Assembly (NCBI RefSeq): GCF_963921235.1 | Contig: NC_086104.1 | Span: forward strand, 91,202,001-91,266,000 | Direction of reading: 5' to 3' | DNA from: Mobula hypostoma | Lineage: Eukaryota | DNA: 64,000 nt | In this document: one piece after another, positions 10,031 to 22,869 of the stretch | How positions within the stretch are numbered: position 1 is the first letter of the stretch | Layout of the letters: each line of letters opens with the position of its first letter | Position numbers and translations under genes: made by a program | Notes under the pieces: generated by a model | The model's input: the letters and a program-made list of their open reading frames with translations, nothing else | Database searches by the model: none | Told to the model about the DNA's origin: nothing

Positions 10031-12726
10031 GCGATTGACGGAAGTACCTCCTTCAGAATCCTGGAATGTAGTCCAAGTGATCCAGGCGACTTATCATCCT
10101 TCAGCCCTTTCAGCTTCCCAAACACCTTCTTCATAATAGTGCCGCCTTACACACTCTAAATTCTGTCATGCTGCGGAGTCCTTCACAGAGAAGACTGGTG
10201 CAAAATGCTCTTTGAGTTTGTCCACCATTCCTTTGTTCCTTATTACTATCTCCCCACCGTCATTTTCCATGGTTTGATGTCCATTCTTGCCTCTCTATTA
10301 CTCTTTTTAAATCTGAAAAGCTTTTGCTATCCTCTTTTATATTATTGGATAGCTTATTTTCATATTACATCTTTTGTCTCCTTATTGCTTTTTAGTTTTG
10401 ATGCTTTTCAAAAGCTTTCCACTCATTTTTGCTGTATTACATACCTAGTCTTTTGCTCTTATGTTGTCTTTGACTGACTATTTCAGCTATGGTTCCTCAT
10501 ACCCCCTTTAAAATACTTACTCTTCTTTGGGATGAAGTGATCCTGCATCATTCGAATTACTCCCAGAAACTTTAGTCACTGCTGCTCTACCATCTTACCT
10601 GCTAGTGTTCCTTTCCAATAAATTTTGGCCAACTCCTCTCTCATGCCTCTGTAATTAACTTTACTTAACTGTTAATACTGATACACCTGGTTTTAGCTTC
10701 TTTCTTTCAAACTGCAGAATGATTTTTCTCATATTATGATCTCTGCCTCCTAAAGGTTCCTTTACCTTGGTCTTGCTGACATTGAGTGTGAGGTTGTTGT
10801 AGTGACATCACTCAACCAGCCTATCTCTTTCCTGTACCCCTTCTCATTGTCATCTGAGATTCTGCCAACAGCAATGGTGTCAAGCAAACCTATAGATGGT
10901 ATTTAAGCTGTGCCTAGCCATAGCCTCATGAATGTTGAGAGAGTGGAGCAGTGGGCTTGAGGTGCACCTGTGTTGACTGCCAGCAAAGAGGATAAGTTGT
11001 TACTGATCCACATTTACTGTGGCCACCCAATAAGGAATTTGAGGGTCCATTTACAGAAAGAAGTACAGAAGCCCAAGCTTCGAAGCATGCTAGTACAAGA
11101 TAGTCTACTGACCTCAGCATCTATCTCGTTACGATCTTGCACCTTAGTGTCGACCTGCTACACAGTCTTTGTAGCTGTTGCACTACATTCTGCACTCTGT
11201 CATCACTGCACTGAGTAATGAACTGATCTGCTGAACGGTATGCAAAACAAAACTTTTCACTGGATCTCAGTACCTTTAACAATACTGTAATAAGCCGATT
11301 CCAGTTCCAGTGTTGATTAGTCCTGAGGGGGCAATGGTCTTTAATGCCCAGCTGTAATTGGTAAGCCATAGTCTGACGTATGGATTACTGCTGTCCAGGC
11401 AGTCTATAGCCAAGTGGAGAGCCGGTGAGATTGTGCCTGTAGTAGACCTGCTGTGTCCATCGGCAAACTTCAGCGGGTCCAGTTTCTTTCCTAAGGAGTT
11501 ATTTTGAACTCTAGCCAACCTTTCAAAGTAATTCATCACAGTAGGCGTGAGTGGTGAGGCAGCTCGTCCTGTTCTTTATGGCCATCAGTATGCTGGCTGC
11601 CCTTTTGAAGCAGGTGGGAAGCTCAGATCGCAGTGGTGAGAGCCCGAAGATTTGCTTGAATACTCCGGCCAGCTGGTCGGCACAGATTTTCCGTGCCCTG
11701 TCAGGTACACCGTTGGGGCCTGACACCTGCAAGATTTCACCTTCTCGAAAGAAGTTCTGACGTCGGCCTCTGAGACAGAGATCACAGGGTCAACAGATGC
11801 TGTGGGGATTTACACAGGATAGGGTTAGTCTCCTTTCAATGCCGGTGTAAAAGGCTCCAATCTCATCGGGGAGTGAGGCATCACTGTCGTTTATGCTGTT
11901 AGGTTTTGCTTCATAGGAAGTAATGGCCTGTAAATCCTGTCACAGCTGTCATGTACTGATTGTGCCTCTAACTTCAGATGAAATTGTCATTTCACTTTAA
12001 AGCTTATATGCTAAATAGTTTTTTTTTTGGCTAATGTGGACATACAGCTTTTGGTTCCCTGAGGCAAATCATTGTTATTGATCATGTGTAGGTGGAGGCC
12101 AAGCACTAGTCCTAGTCGTGCCTCACTGGTCACAGCAGTCAACCAGTCAACCCACTCTCTGCACCCTGAGGCACAATTAGTGAAAGGCAATAACCGGCAA
12201 ACTTGTCACAAAGTATGCATTTCACGAATAAATAAGAACAAGCACACTTAACACAAGAAGTCTCTGCTGGTGGATACTTAAGTGATTAGAACTTGTGTAC
12301 AATATCATCCAACAATGGAAAATTATAATTCAATATTGCGGAGAGACTGTTGGCATCATCGGAACTGGGAGCAGGCACAGCTCATCAAGCCTTTTGGTTT
12401 TGCCCCATCATTACCCAGGATCATGGTTGAACTCTACCTCAGTTTCACTTCTCTGCATTTTCGCAAATTCCTAACTTCAGCACATACTCAAAAATCTACC
12501 CATCCCTGTTTCAAATGCACTCAATGATTCAGCGTCCACAGGTCTCCGGGGTAGTGGATTCCACAGATTCATCACTTTCCGAGTAAAGAGCTCACTCCTC
12601 CCTTCTGACCCTTCGTTCCTTTTGTCTGGACTCCTCCGCCGAAGGATACACCCTTCCTGCATCCGTCCTGCTGAGCCAGCAAGTCCGTCGTAGGACACCC
12701 AAATGAGGATTCACAGAAGCCCAAGT

Positions 12727-13244
12727 TGGCTTCTTTCTCAAACAAGAGAAAATCTGCAGATGCTGGAAATCCAGGCAACACACACAAAATGCTGGAGGAA
12801 CTCAGAAGGCCAGGCAGCATCTATGGAAAAGAGTAAACAGTTTTGGGCCAAGACCCTTCATCAGGACTGGAGAAAACAGATGAGAAGCCAGAGTAAGAAG
12901 GGGAGGGGAGGCGAGGAAGAAGTACAAGGTAATAGTTGATGGGTGAAACAGGAGGTGCAAGGTAAGGGAACTATGGGGTTGGTGGCAGTGGATGGGAGAT
13001 CCCCAGAGTTGATAAGATCAGTGCTGTTGTGGGAAACAATAACCTGGTGCTCCTTAGTGAGGTCCTGTTTGAAGGGTAAGGAAGAGGAAGTGTCTGAGAG
13101 TTGTCGCCTGGCCTCAGCAAGGTAGAGGAACACCTGCCCCTACACCTCCTCCCTCACTATCACTCAGGGCCCCAAACAGTCCTTCCAGGTGAGGCGACAC
13201 TTCACCTGTGAGTCTGTTGGGTGTCATATACTGTGTCCGGTGCT
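12727..13244. mobile_element. Rearranged Penelope-like element: pLTR, pre-RT fragment (-) and GIY-YIG fragment (+)
   Basis: Minus strand gives LYLAEARRQLSD..DLTKEHQ..DLINSGDLPSTATNPIVPLP. Plus strand from 13132 gives TCPYTSSLTITQGPKQSFQVRRHFTCESVG/VIYCVRC (one frameshift). Confidence 0.82.
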
Positions 13245-13852
13245 GATGAAGCTCATGAGGGGATTGGACAGAATAAATATAGAAGAACTGCTCCCATTGG
13301 CGTAAAGGTCAAGGACCAGAGTGAAGGTGATCAACAAGGTGACATGAAAGGAAACTTTTGGAAGCAGGGAGTGATTCAGATCAGGAATGCTTTACTGGAA
13401 GATAATGGGAGCAACTTCAGTGTGACTTTCAAAAAGGAACTGGATAAATACTTGAAAGTACTTGAAAGGGTTCTGTGGTAATGACAGTGGGCTGGGATGA
13501 CATGCATTGCACCTTGCACAGGGCCAACATTGAGCTTACGGGGTGAAGGGCCTCCTTTCTATGATTCTGCAACACTGCATGAAATAGTAGCTGAGAAGTA
13601 CTTGGGGAATGATTGGCAAAGGGTAAAGAAAATGACCCATGGCACTCGCGTGCATTTTACTCCTACACACAATCTGCCCAATTCGCTTTTGTCATTGTTT
13701 CTTATATCTTGTGCCATTATATCTCTTCTCATCAAACTTACGATGACTGGAATCAACCAGGGATTATGTGATGGTCATTTTAGTTTTTAAAGTGCGTCGG
13801 TCAGACTCCTTATGGAGGAATATTTGCAGCTTATCCCTGCAGTTGGGGTAAA

Positions 13853-14175
13853 AGGGCAGCACGGTGGAGCAGCTAAGAGTCACTGTTTCACAGCTCCAAC
13901 GACCGGGTTCAATCCAGACCTTTGGTGCTGTCTGTGTGGAGTCTGCCTGCCCTTCTGACTGTGTGGTTTCCCCTGGGTGCTCCATTTCCCACATCCTAAA
14001 GATCTGCAGATAGGTCACTTGATTGACCCTGGTGTGCAGGTGGGAGGTAAGAAATTTGGAGTGTGGTTGGAGGGGTGGGTTAAGGGTGGATTACACAGAG
14101 AACTTACAGTGGGAGATAGGATAGCATTTCTCTGAAAACTAGCATAGGCTCGATGGGCCAAGTGGCCTCCTTTCA
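13853..14175 (+). mobile_element. V-SINE/HE1-like SINE
   Basis: Head gggcagcacggtgg, B box gggttcaatcc, V domain tctgtgtggagt..gtggtttcccctgggtgctcc..cccacatcc. Confidence 0.8.
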
Positions 14176-14276
14176 TTTAGCATGGAAACATGACCTGTAA
14201 TGAGCATCTGCTCAAGAGGCTAGTGCCAGGTTAGTTTTGGTGCAGCAGTTTCTCCTTATTGATTTTAGAAACATAG

Positions 14277-14517
14277 TAAAGGCATGCGTTAGTCTTGCGA
14301 GACCATGGATCTGCGCCTGGAAAGTCTTCACTCTCTGGGGCGCAGGACTGGGCAAGGTTGTATGGAAGACCAGCAGTTGCCCATGCTGCAAGTCTCCCCT
14401 CTCCACGACACTGATGTTGTCCAAGGGAAGGGCATTAGGACCCATACAGCTTGGCACCAGTGTCGTCGCAGAGCAATGTGTGATTAAGTGCCTTGCTCAA
14501 GGACACAACACGTTCCC
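14277..14517 (-). mobile_element. 5'-truncated SINE inserted in a CR1 tail, 14-bp TSD
   Basis: TTTTAGAAACATAG at 14263-14276 and 14518-14531. The minus strand begins gtgttgtgtccttgagcaaggcacttaa, a common SINE core motif. Confidence 0.7.
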
Positions 14518-14520
14518 TTT

Positions 14521-15948
14521 TAGAAACATAGGAACATAGAAAACCTACAGCACAATACAGGCCCTTCGGCCCATAAAGCTGTGCCGAACATCTCCTTACC
14601 TTAGAAATTACCTAGGGTTGCCCAGTACCCCCTATTTTTCTAAGCTCCATGTACCTATCCAGGAGCCTCTTAAAAGACCCTATCGTATCCGCCTCCACCA
14701 CCGTCGCCAGCAGCCCATTCCACGTACTCTCCGCTTTTTGCATAAAATCTTGCCCCTGACATCTCCTCTGTACTTACTTCCAAGCACCTTAAAACTATGC
14801 CCTCTCATGCTAGCCATCTCAGCCCTGGGAAAAAGGCTCTGACTATCCACACGATCAATGTCTCTCATCATCTTACACACCTCTGTTAGGTCACCTCTCA
14901 TCCTCCGTCGCTCCAAGGAGAAAAGGCCAAGTTCACTCAACCTATTCTCATTAGGCATGCTCCCCAATCCAGGCAACATCCTTGTAAATCTCACAAGATC
15001 ACAAGATCACAAGATCACAAGACAAAGGAGCAGAAGTAGGCCATTCGGCCCATCGAGTCTGCTCCGCAGCTCCCCCATGAGCTAAACTATTCACCCAATC
15101 AGTTCCAATTTCTGGCTTTTCCCCCATATCCCTTGATACCCTGACTAATTAGATACCTGTCAATCTCCTCCTTAAACACCCTCAATGATCGGGCCTCCAC
15201 TGCTGTATGTGGCAACAAATTCCACAAATCCACGACCCTCTGGCTAAAAAAATTTCTCCTCATCTCTATTTTAACTGGTTACCCTCTAATTATAAGACTA
15301 TGGCTCTTGTCCTGGACTCACCCACCAAGGGAAACAACCTTTCCACATCTACTCTGTCCAACCCTTTCAACATTCGAATCTCAAATCTTCTCTGCACCCT
15401 TTCTATGGTTTCCACATCCTTCCTGCAGTGAGGTGACCAGAACTGAACACAGTACTCCAAGTGGGGTCAGACCAGGGTCCTATATAGCTGCAACATTATC
15501 TCTCGGCTCCTAAACTCAATCCCACGATTGATGAAGGCCTTCTATGCTTTCTTAACCACAGAGTCAACCTGCGCATCAGCTTTGAGTGTCCTATGGACTC
15601 GGACCCCAAGATCCCTCTGATCCTCCACACTGCCAAGAGTCTTACCATTAATCACACTGCCAAGAGTCTTACCATTAATACTATATTCTGTCATCATATT
15701 TGACCTAACAAACTGAACCACCTCACACTTATCTGGTTGAACTCCATCTGCCACTTCTCAGCCCAGTTTTTCATCCTATCAATGTCCCACTGTAACCTCT
15801 GACAGTCCTCCACACTATCCACAACACCCCCAACCTTTGTGTCATCAGCAAATTTACTAACCCATCCCTCCACTTCCTCATCCAGGACATTTGTAAAAAT
15901 CACGAAGAGTAGGGGTCCCAGAACAGATCCCTGAGGCACACCACTGTT
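14521..15948 (-). mobile_element. Young CR1 3' fragment with a nested CR1 3' end (about 14992-15380)
   Basis: RT motifs VPQGSVLGP and KFADDTK; (CTATGTTT)n tail; nested element has a (TCACAAGA)n tail. Close relative of 24158-25533. Confidence 0.9.
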
Positions 15949-16705
15949 ACCCTATGTGTGACTTCATTTCCACGGATGTTGCCCGACCTGCTGAGTTCCT
16001 CCAGCGTGTTGTGAGTGTTGCTTTGACCCCAGCATCTGCAGAGTATTTTGTGTTTACTATGTGGGAGAATACTGTGAAATTTATTTTAGATTTTTTATTG
16101 TATAAATGTTTCATAAAATAGGTGTAATTTCTTCTAATAATTTAACTGTTTATTAGGTTTTGGATGTTTAGAGATATTGACAACTTTGATATCTAGTTAA
16201 GCTAGCCGACATGATTTAGCAACTTATTTTGTGGTTGGAGCTTGCTGTAAACATTTGGCTGAAGGCCCTGTCTCTGGTTGGGCTGTATTCATGAGTATTA
16301 AACTGGCTTCTTTCAATGAATTTACACTGGGATCACTGCACAGGTTCAGTCTGGCTTTATTGTGGGACTGTGGGGGAGTGAGGTCAGCGCATGCCCAGCT
16401 CAAAATCCACAGCCATTGTGTGGCGAACTCTAAAACTGCTCCTGGATTGGGAATGTAAGGATTTCTGTCAGGAAATTCATAGATGGTGGGAAAGGGGATA
16501 GTTGCAATTTACTGGATTTTACGACTTTCCCACTCAAAAGCATACATTTAAAAGATTTTAAACTAAATGCTAAGTCGAAGTGTGGAAGGATTGTTTCCAC
16601 TAGTAGGTGAATTAGGACTGAAACAATGAGTGTGGATCATTGATGAAACTCAGTGAGAAACTTATTCAGCTGTATAACTCTCTGGTCTATGACTCGTTGC
16701 TGATA

Positions 16706-17490
16706 TTCACACAGAGGCCACTTTATTAGGTACCTCCTACTGTAAAGTCACCACTGAGTGTATGTCTGTGGTCTTCTGCTGCTGGAGCCCATCCACTTCA
16801 AGGTTCAACATGTTGCGCGTTCAGAGATGCTGCTCTGCACGCTACGTTGTTACTTGAGATACTGTCACCTTCCTGTCAGCTTGAACCCGTCTGGCCATCT
16901 TGCCTCTGACCGCTCTCGTTATCAAGCTGTTTTTGCCTATAGAAGCCGGCTGGTGGCGTCGTGGCATCAGCGCCGGACTTCGGAGCGAAGGCTTCCCAGT
17001 TCGAATCCAGCCGGCTCCCCTGGCACACTTTCCATCCGTGCTGGGTTGAGCTTCGAGCTAGCAACTCGGCCTCATAAAAAAGAAATTGCCTGCTACAGAA
17101 ACATCAACAGCAAAAAGTTGATAGCCTGTGCTCTCTCGTGAGTTTAAAGGCAATTTCCTTTCCTTTCCTTTTTGCCCATAGAACTGCCACCCACTGGATG
17201 ATATTTATTTTTGCATCATTCTCTGTAAACTCTAGAGATGATTGTAGGTGTAAATTCTAGGAGATCAGCAGTATTTGAGATACTCAAATCTCTCTGTCTG
17301 GCACCAACAATGTAAGGATTGTCAAAGTCACTTAGATCACATTTTCCCCCATTCTAATGTTTGGTCTGAACAACAACTAAATCTCTTGACCACATCTGCA
17401 TGCTTTTCTGCATTGAGTTATTACCACTCGATTGGCTGATTAGATACAAGTATGGTGTAGGTGTACTTAATAAAGTGGCCACCGAACGTA
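16706..17490. mobile_element. Tc1/mariner-like non-autonomous element (MITE)
   Basis: Terminal inverted repeats ..cagaggccactttattaggtac / gtacttaataaagtggccaccg..; related copies at 51905 and 55415. Confidence 0.78.
16945..17169 (+). mobile_element. tRNA-Arg(TCG)-derived SINE, copy B, nested in the MITE
   Basis: GCCGGCTGG..CCAGCCGGC terminal stem, GACTTCGGA anticodon loop, GTTCGAATCC B box. TSD TTTTGCC(T/C)ATAGAA at 16931-16944 and 17170-17183. Confidence 0.85.
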
Positions 17491-19339
17491 TGTTAAGAAA
17501 AGGGTTAACATCTATTCACCTCCCTCTGATATCTGCACATTTGATTCAATTAACATCCTTATTTGATGCTACAGAAGCACAAACAGCCAAACAAATTATG
17601 TTCTGCAATCGTACTCCCACATCACTTAGTAACACATATAAATACCATATAATAGACATTAGCACAATTCCTAGATGAAGATCTAAATTTACAGGCAATT
17701 TAATTCTACTCAAAGGGATGTGCAACAAGAAATAAGATAATGTCACAATTTTAGCAAGATTGAACGACCATTCTGGGCTTGCACTCAGAGGGGAAGTCAC
17801 ATTTCTCTGGATAGAAACTCTTGGCAGAGTGGCTTCTTTAAACTGCAATGCCTTTCCCAAATTTAAGCTGTGGCTCAGTTGTCATGTCGTTGCCTTGGAT
17901 GCAGAAGGTGGTGGATTTAATTTCTATTCCAGAGGGCTCGGCACATTACCAGATTCTGATCCATGATGGTTCGTTCCAACATTAAATCTGTTCAGTACTA
18001 TTGGAATGTACTTGATAGGCTTACGATGAGCTCTGACACAGCATGAACCGTGAAAGGTGCAATAGTTCTGCATTCCATGGGATCCACCACTTATACAAAA
18101 CAACTTTAATGGTCTCACAGAACACATTATATTCTGAACTTGTTACTACACACACTATGTAAGGACCCTGTGAACAGCTTTACGTTAGGCTGTACAATGG
18201 GACTCAGTCCGGATCAAGGGGCAAAAGAGAATATGGATCGAGCATAGTCAGTGACACACTGTAAATGTATAAAATAACCATTCAACCTACAGGACATATA
18301 GCAGCCAGTTCTGATGTGAGCAATTTAAACGTCACCGTGATTTGCAAATTTTCTAATTTTTTTTTTCTAATAGGCCCATTAACTTGGGACAGGAAAAAAG
18401 CCACAAGTCAGATTGACAGAGGTATAACCCGCCCAATATGTGAGGCCTCAGAGCCCTGGGTGTTGTCAAAGACCTCTCCCATCCATCCCACAATCTCTCT
18501 GACCTCCTCCGTCAGGCAGAAGTTACCACAGTACAGGCAGGGTAACAGCTCCTTCCTGCAGGCTGTGGGACTTCGAAACAACCTTCTACCACCCAGTACA
18601 CATCACTTATGACAGCGCCAGTAACATTATACTATTGTATATTTAACTATATGACGCATGTGCACTATATGTCAACTCGTACAAATACAGAATATTTTTT
18701 ATTAGCTGCTAATAGATTTGCGTGCTGTAGGTGATATATATGCACTGTGCTTCGCATCTTGGTCCCAGAGGAACACTGTTTCCTTTAGCTGTACGGTTGA
18801 ATGGCAATGATCTTGAACTTGAACTGGATATATGCAGTGCTCCTAGACAGCTCTGTCCATCTTTTCTCAGTCTGGTCTCCATGTGGGTTCAATCCCAAAC
18901 CTCTGCCGTTGAAGTCATTTCTGTTTCAGTGTTAATCAAGGATCCAAGAGCTAATGGGCCTGGTTATGACTGAACTGGCCAGTGATTGGGCTTCAGCACA
19001 GTGTCTCTGTGATTCCCAGCACTCTGCCAGGCTTTCAATGCCTCTCATGTCCAATCGAGCTTGTTTCTGAGGTGCAGTGTTCCACCTCCAGCCTTCAGGT
19101 ATCAGGTGGCAGGTCTCAAGAACCTCGCCTCACCCCACCCCCCTGACCGTTGTTTGTCATTTTGTCCTGTGAAAGGCCTGGCCAATGATGCTAAAACATC
19201 TCTGATGATCAGAGATATTTCTAACCTGTTGAAAAAGATGTAAAATTCTGAAATCACTTTAAAAATTAATAACACATTCACCTGAGGTAATTTAATTAAC
19301 AATGTTGATAATAACGAAACTAAGGGGAAAAATCCATTT

Positions 19340-19555
19340 GCTAAGGGGTAGTGAGAGTGTGGAACGAGCTGCCAGCAGAAGTGGTGAATGTAGGTTCACT
19401 TTCAACATTCAAGAGGAATTTGGATAAGTACATAGATCAGAGGGGTGTGGAGGGCTATGTTCTAGGTGCAGGTCAAAGGGCTAACAGGTCAGCATGCACT
19501 GGATGGGCCGAATGGCCTGTTTCTGTGCTGTAATGCTTTATGATTCTGTGACTCT
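19340..19555 (+). mobile_element. CR1 3' end
   Basis: ORF RVWNELPAEVV..FKRNLDKY plus 3' UTR. Confidence 0.8.
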
Positions 19556-20835
19556 AACCCTTTTATTTTCGTGTCAGTGATCCATCACACAGTTTGTCAC
19601 AACTGGTGTAAACCCAAGGATTCCGGATGAAACATTCAGCCAGCCTCTCAGCAGCAGAGCAGGAGTTGGGCATCCAGAACTTGGCCTCCAAACCATTCAG
19701 TTGTTACCATGGCTGGAAAGGAGATGGTGCAGTGTTACAGGAAGGAACTGACCTGATGTTCAGCTGGTGTGAACAGGTGAAGCAGAAGGCAAGGGGTCTG
19801 GCTGGATACCTGAAGCCAGTGCGAGGGGAAAGGCACTGAGTGGCTGAGGATGACTCTGACAAAATCAGTGGTAAAACTCCACTGGAATCCTGATAGCCCA
19901 GCTCAGACAGAAGGTCCATTCCCAACAACAATCCCACAGGCACTGAAACTTCTGTGTTCCTTGCTACTGCACCGGATTGCCTTTCTTGATCCTGAGCCTG
20001 AGAATCCGACTGGAGCAATTCCTGAGCAATTCTTGCATGTAAGTTGCATCTGCCGACATCCCCAGGTGTCCCAAAGGGTTTTACATCCAACCAAATGCTT
20101 TTAAACTGCGGTCACTGTTGCGGCCAGCATTGGACACAGCAAGATCCCACAGCTGAAGAAAACAAAATGGGCAGAGTGGCTGGAGGAATACTTTTAGGGC
20201 AGGACTCCACTCTGAAATGGTGCCATGGGATCCTCCACATCCAAATGAATGGGCAAAGTGGGTTCTCAGTTCAATACCTCATTCAAGGGACCTCCATTCT
20301 GCAATTGTCTCTGGAATGAGATTGGGATCCATAACCATCTGGTGAAGATGACGCTGTCAGCCGCTGCTTATACACCTGACAGGCACACTGCATCAATTTA
20401 TATTCCAACACTAATTGGGTTGGCAAGTTAATTGGCCATTGCGAATTGTCTCTAGTGTGTAAGAAAATGGTAGAATCTGGGGAGACAGATGGGACGTGTG
20501 TGGGATAAAGTGACTGCCAATGAAGGGTCTCAGCTCAAGATGTTGACTGTGTGTTCCTCTCCAGAGATGCTGCCTGACCTACTGAGTTCCTCCAGTTTTT
20601 TGTGTGTATTGCTCTGGATAAAGTGAGATTTGTGTGTAGGGTTAGTGTAAATGGGTACTTGATGATGGCACAATAGAACAAAGAGACTGTATATCAATAT
20701 TATTTAGAATTCAGGAAAACGGGGTGAGATCATTGAAAAATTTGAGATCCTCATTGAGACCATGTGTAGATGTTGAGGTGTGTCCACTAATGAGGGAACC
20801 TTGAAGGAGGGGACACAGTATAAGATTGGGGAACT

Positions 20836-21237
20836 CACACACACAAATGACTGGAGAAACTCTAAGCAACGCACACAAAATACTGGATGAGCTCAGCAGG
20901 CCAGGCAGTATCTATGGAAAAGAGTACAGTCGATATTTCAGCCAAGTCCCTTTGGCAGGACTTCCAGCGTCTGCGGACTTTCTCTTGTTTGTGGTTAGAG
21001 AAACTCTGCAGGTCAAGCAACATCAACGGAGAGGAATAAAGAGTCGTCATTTTGGGCCAAGCCCCCTTCCTCAGGACCGGAAATGAAAGGGGAAGAATAA
21101 GAAATGGTGAGGGGGGTGGGAGGAAGGAGTGTAAGCTAGAAGGTGGTAGGTGAAAACATTTGAGGGGAAGGTAGGTAGGTGGGGAAGGTGGGAAAGGTAA
21201 AGGGCTGAAGAGGAAGGAATGTGATAGGAGACATGCC
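20836..21237. mobile_element. Cluster of Penelope-derived pLTR fragments inserted in an old CR1 3' end
   Basis: Contains ctggatgagctcagcaggccaggcag, a degenerate hammerhead at about 21042-21080 (-) and a purine-rich pLTR body. Confidence 0.7.
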
Positions 21238-22869
21238 ATTTAAAACCTGAGGTGTGTTGGAATCCCTTCTCAATGTGGGTGATGAATCTCAGGAATTCTT
21301 TATCACGGAGAGTGTTAAGGCTGTATTATTGGTATTTAATAACAATTAAATTGTTAATTATTTAATAATTAATTGAAGATGCAGTTAAGGAGTAGACTTT
21401 TTCAGATTAAGGAATCTTGGTTTCTGGGGAACTGGCACAGAAGTGGAGTAGACCAGCCATGATCATATTGAATGGTGGGTTAGGCTTGAGGGGGCAGGTA
21501 ATCCACTCTGGTTCCCATTTTCATGCATTCTTTTGTCTTCCAGCTGCATAAATCAATGACAACAGATCTTTTGAAGAATTTTCACTTCAGGAGAAGGAAA
21601 GATACATGAATAACTAAACCAGAATTTAATTCTGTTCAAAAAGGCCTGCAGAGGAAAGGTTCACTGCCAGGCCTGACCTATATTCAAGATGATACACACA
21701 AAAATAGGCGGTCATTCCATAGCATGCCGGTTTAACATTCTGAATGAATCTGCTTGGGAATAAGCAGGAGCAAGGTACCACTCAATGAATCTGCTGCTAT
21801 CTCCCGCAACAAAGCAAACCAGGCACACCCACTGAGCAGCTCACATCACTGGAAAGACTGCGAACTGCTTAAAACGACGAAGAGCCAATTAAATAGATCA
21901 GGCACAATTGTCAGAACTCGCCCACATTAGAAACAGAGGCAGAGGCAGAGCATACACAAAAAACAAGCTGACTGCACAGAGGGAGGATGAGTGTACCGGC
22001 AGCTGATGAGAGGCTTCGTGCTGCGCGGCATATCCGCGGACGGCTAAAGGAGAAGGGAAATGGAACAAATCTAAAGACACTCACAATTCAGGCCCGAGGG
22101 TTACAGCTGACTCGCTGCACCTGTAACACTGAAATCACAAACAACTTCCGCCATCATCATTGCTCCTTGCCAGCACCGTGCACTGGCTACCGACGCTGAC
22201 AGGCAAGGCATGGAAGGATGCAGCCCTAATGCAGGCAAGTGGGCAGGAAGAGGAAGATGGGTACGGGGCCTGTTGCTGCATTGTACAACTCAGTGATGCA
22301 CTCTGAAAACTGTGACCTCTGCCACCTAGAAGGACAAATGTCTCAAGTGCAAGCATCCATCATCAGCCTCATATGATGGCACATGTAGCCCTTCAGACTT
22401 AGAAGGAATCACCACCTCTTCATCTCTGCTGGGTCAATATCCTCAAGCTTTCGATCTAGCTGTGGGACCTTCTTCACCACACAGATCACAGAGGCACCTC
22501 AGTGTCACCTTCTCAATGCCAACCGGGGATGGGCAAGAATGCCAACCTTATTGACTATGTCTGTTTCCCAGTTATTCCTTTTTATGATGGGAAACTTGAG
22601 AAAGTAGGACACCCCTGGACAGGAGGGAGTTGCTGTCCAAAGGTAAGGCTGAAAATGAATAGGTTTCCCTATCTCTCATCTCCACTGCAGCAGACAGTGA
22701 GGATCCTAGGGAGGGTTGTGGTAGATGCTTGCACACTCTCTCTAGGTTTGAAGGGGAAGGAAATATTCCCTTCAGTCATGTTGCACCCATAGTTTATCAT
22801 TCGCTCAAGAGACTGCCTGCTTAAAGAGCTTCTTGTGCAAGAATTTGAGCTCCAGGTCCTAATTGTGAA

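Larger units (their letters stand above)
7341..10767 (-). mobile_element. CR1 LINE (RT region), itself interrupted by three insertions
   Basis: ORFs 7606-8034, 8085-8321 (KFVEDTK), 9257-9472 (SQHGFLKGKS) and 9940-10134 (KSPG); tail at 7341. Confidence 0.85.
6669..11995 (-). mobile_element. Rex1/Babar-type LINE split by a large CR1 insertion (own parts 6669-7340 and 10768-11995)
   Basis: The sequence at 7340 (gattagctcc) resumes at 10768 (ttggtcttgctgacattgag). Remnants include GPNGVPDRARKICADQLAGVF and LDPLKFA; the (GAATCA)n tail lies at 6669. Confidence 0.8.

Noticed and set aside
16945-17020. Functional tRNA-Arg gene
   Set aside because: Anticodon and T stems are imperfect, the sequence continues into a SINE body and tail, and it is flanked by a TSD.
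19850-20104. RTE-like RT fragment (ALKLLCSLLLHRIA)
   Set aside because: Similarity too short and degenerate to support without a search.
21999-22024. Hammerhead at GCAG-CTGATGA-...-CTGC
   Set aside because: No GAAA element and no UH cleavage site.
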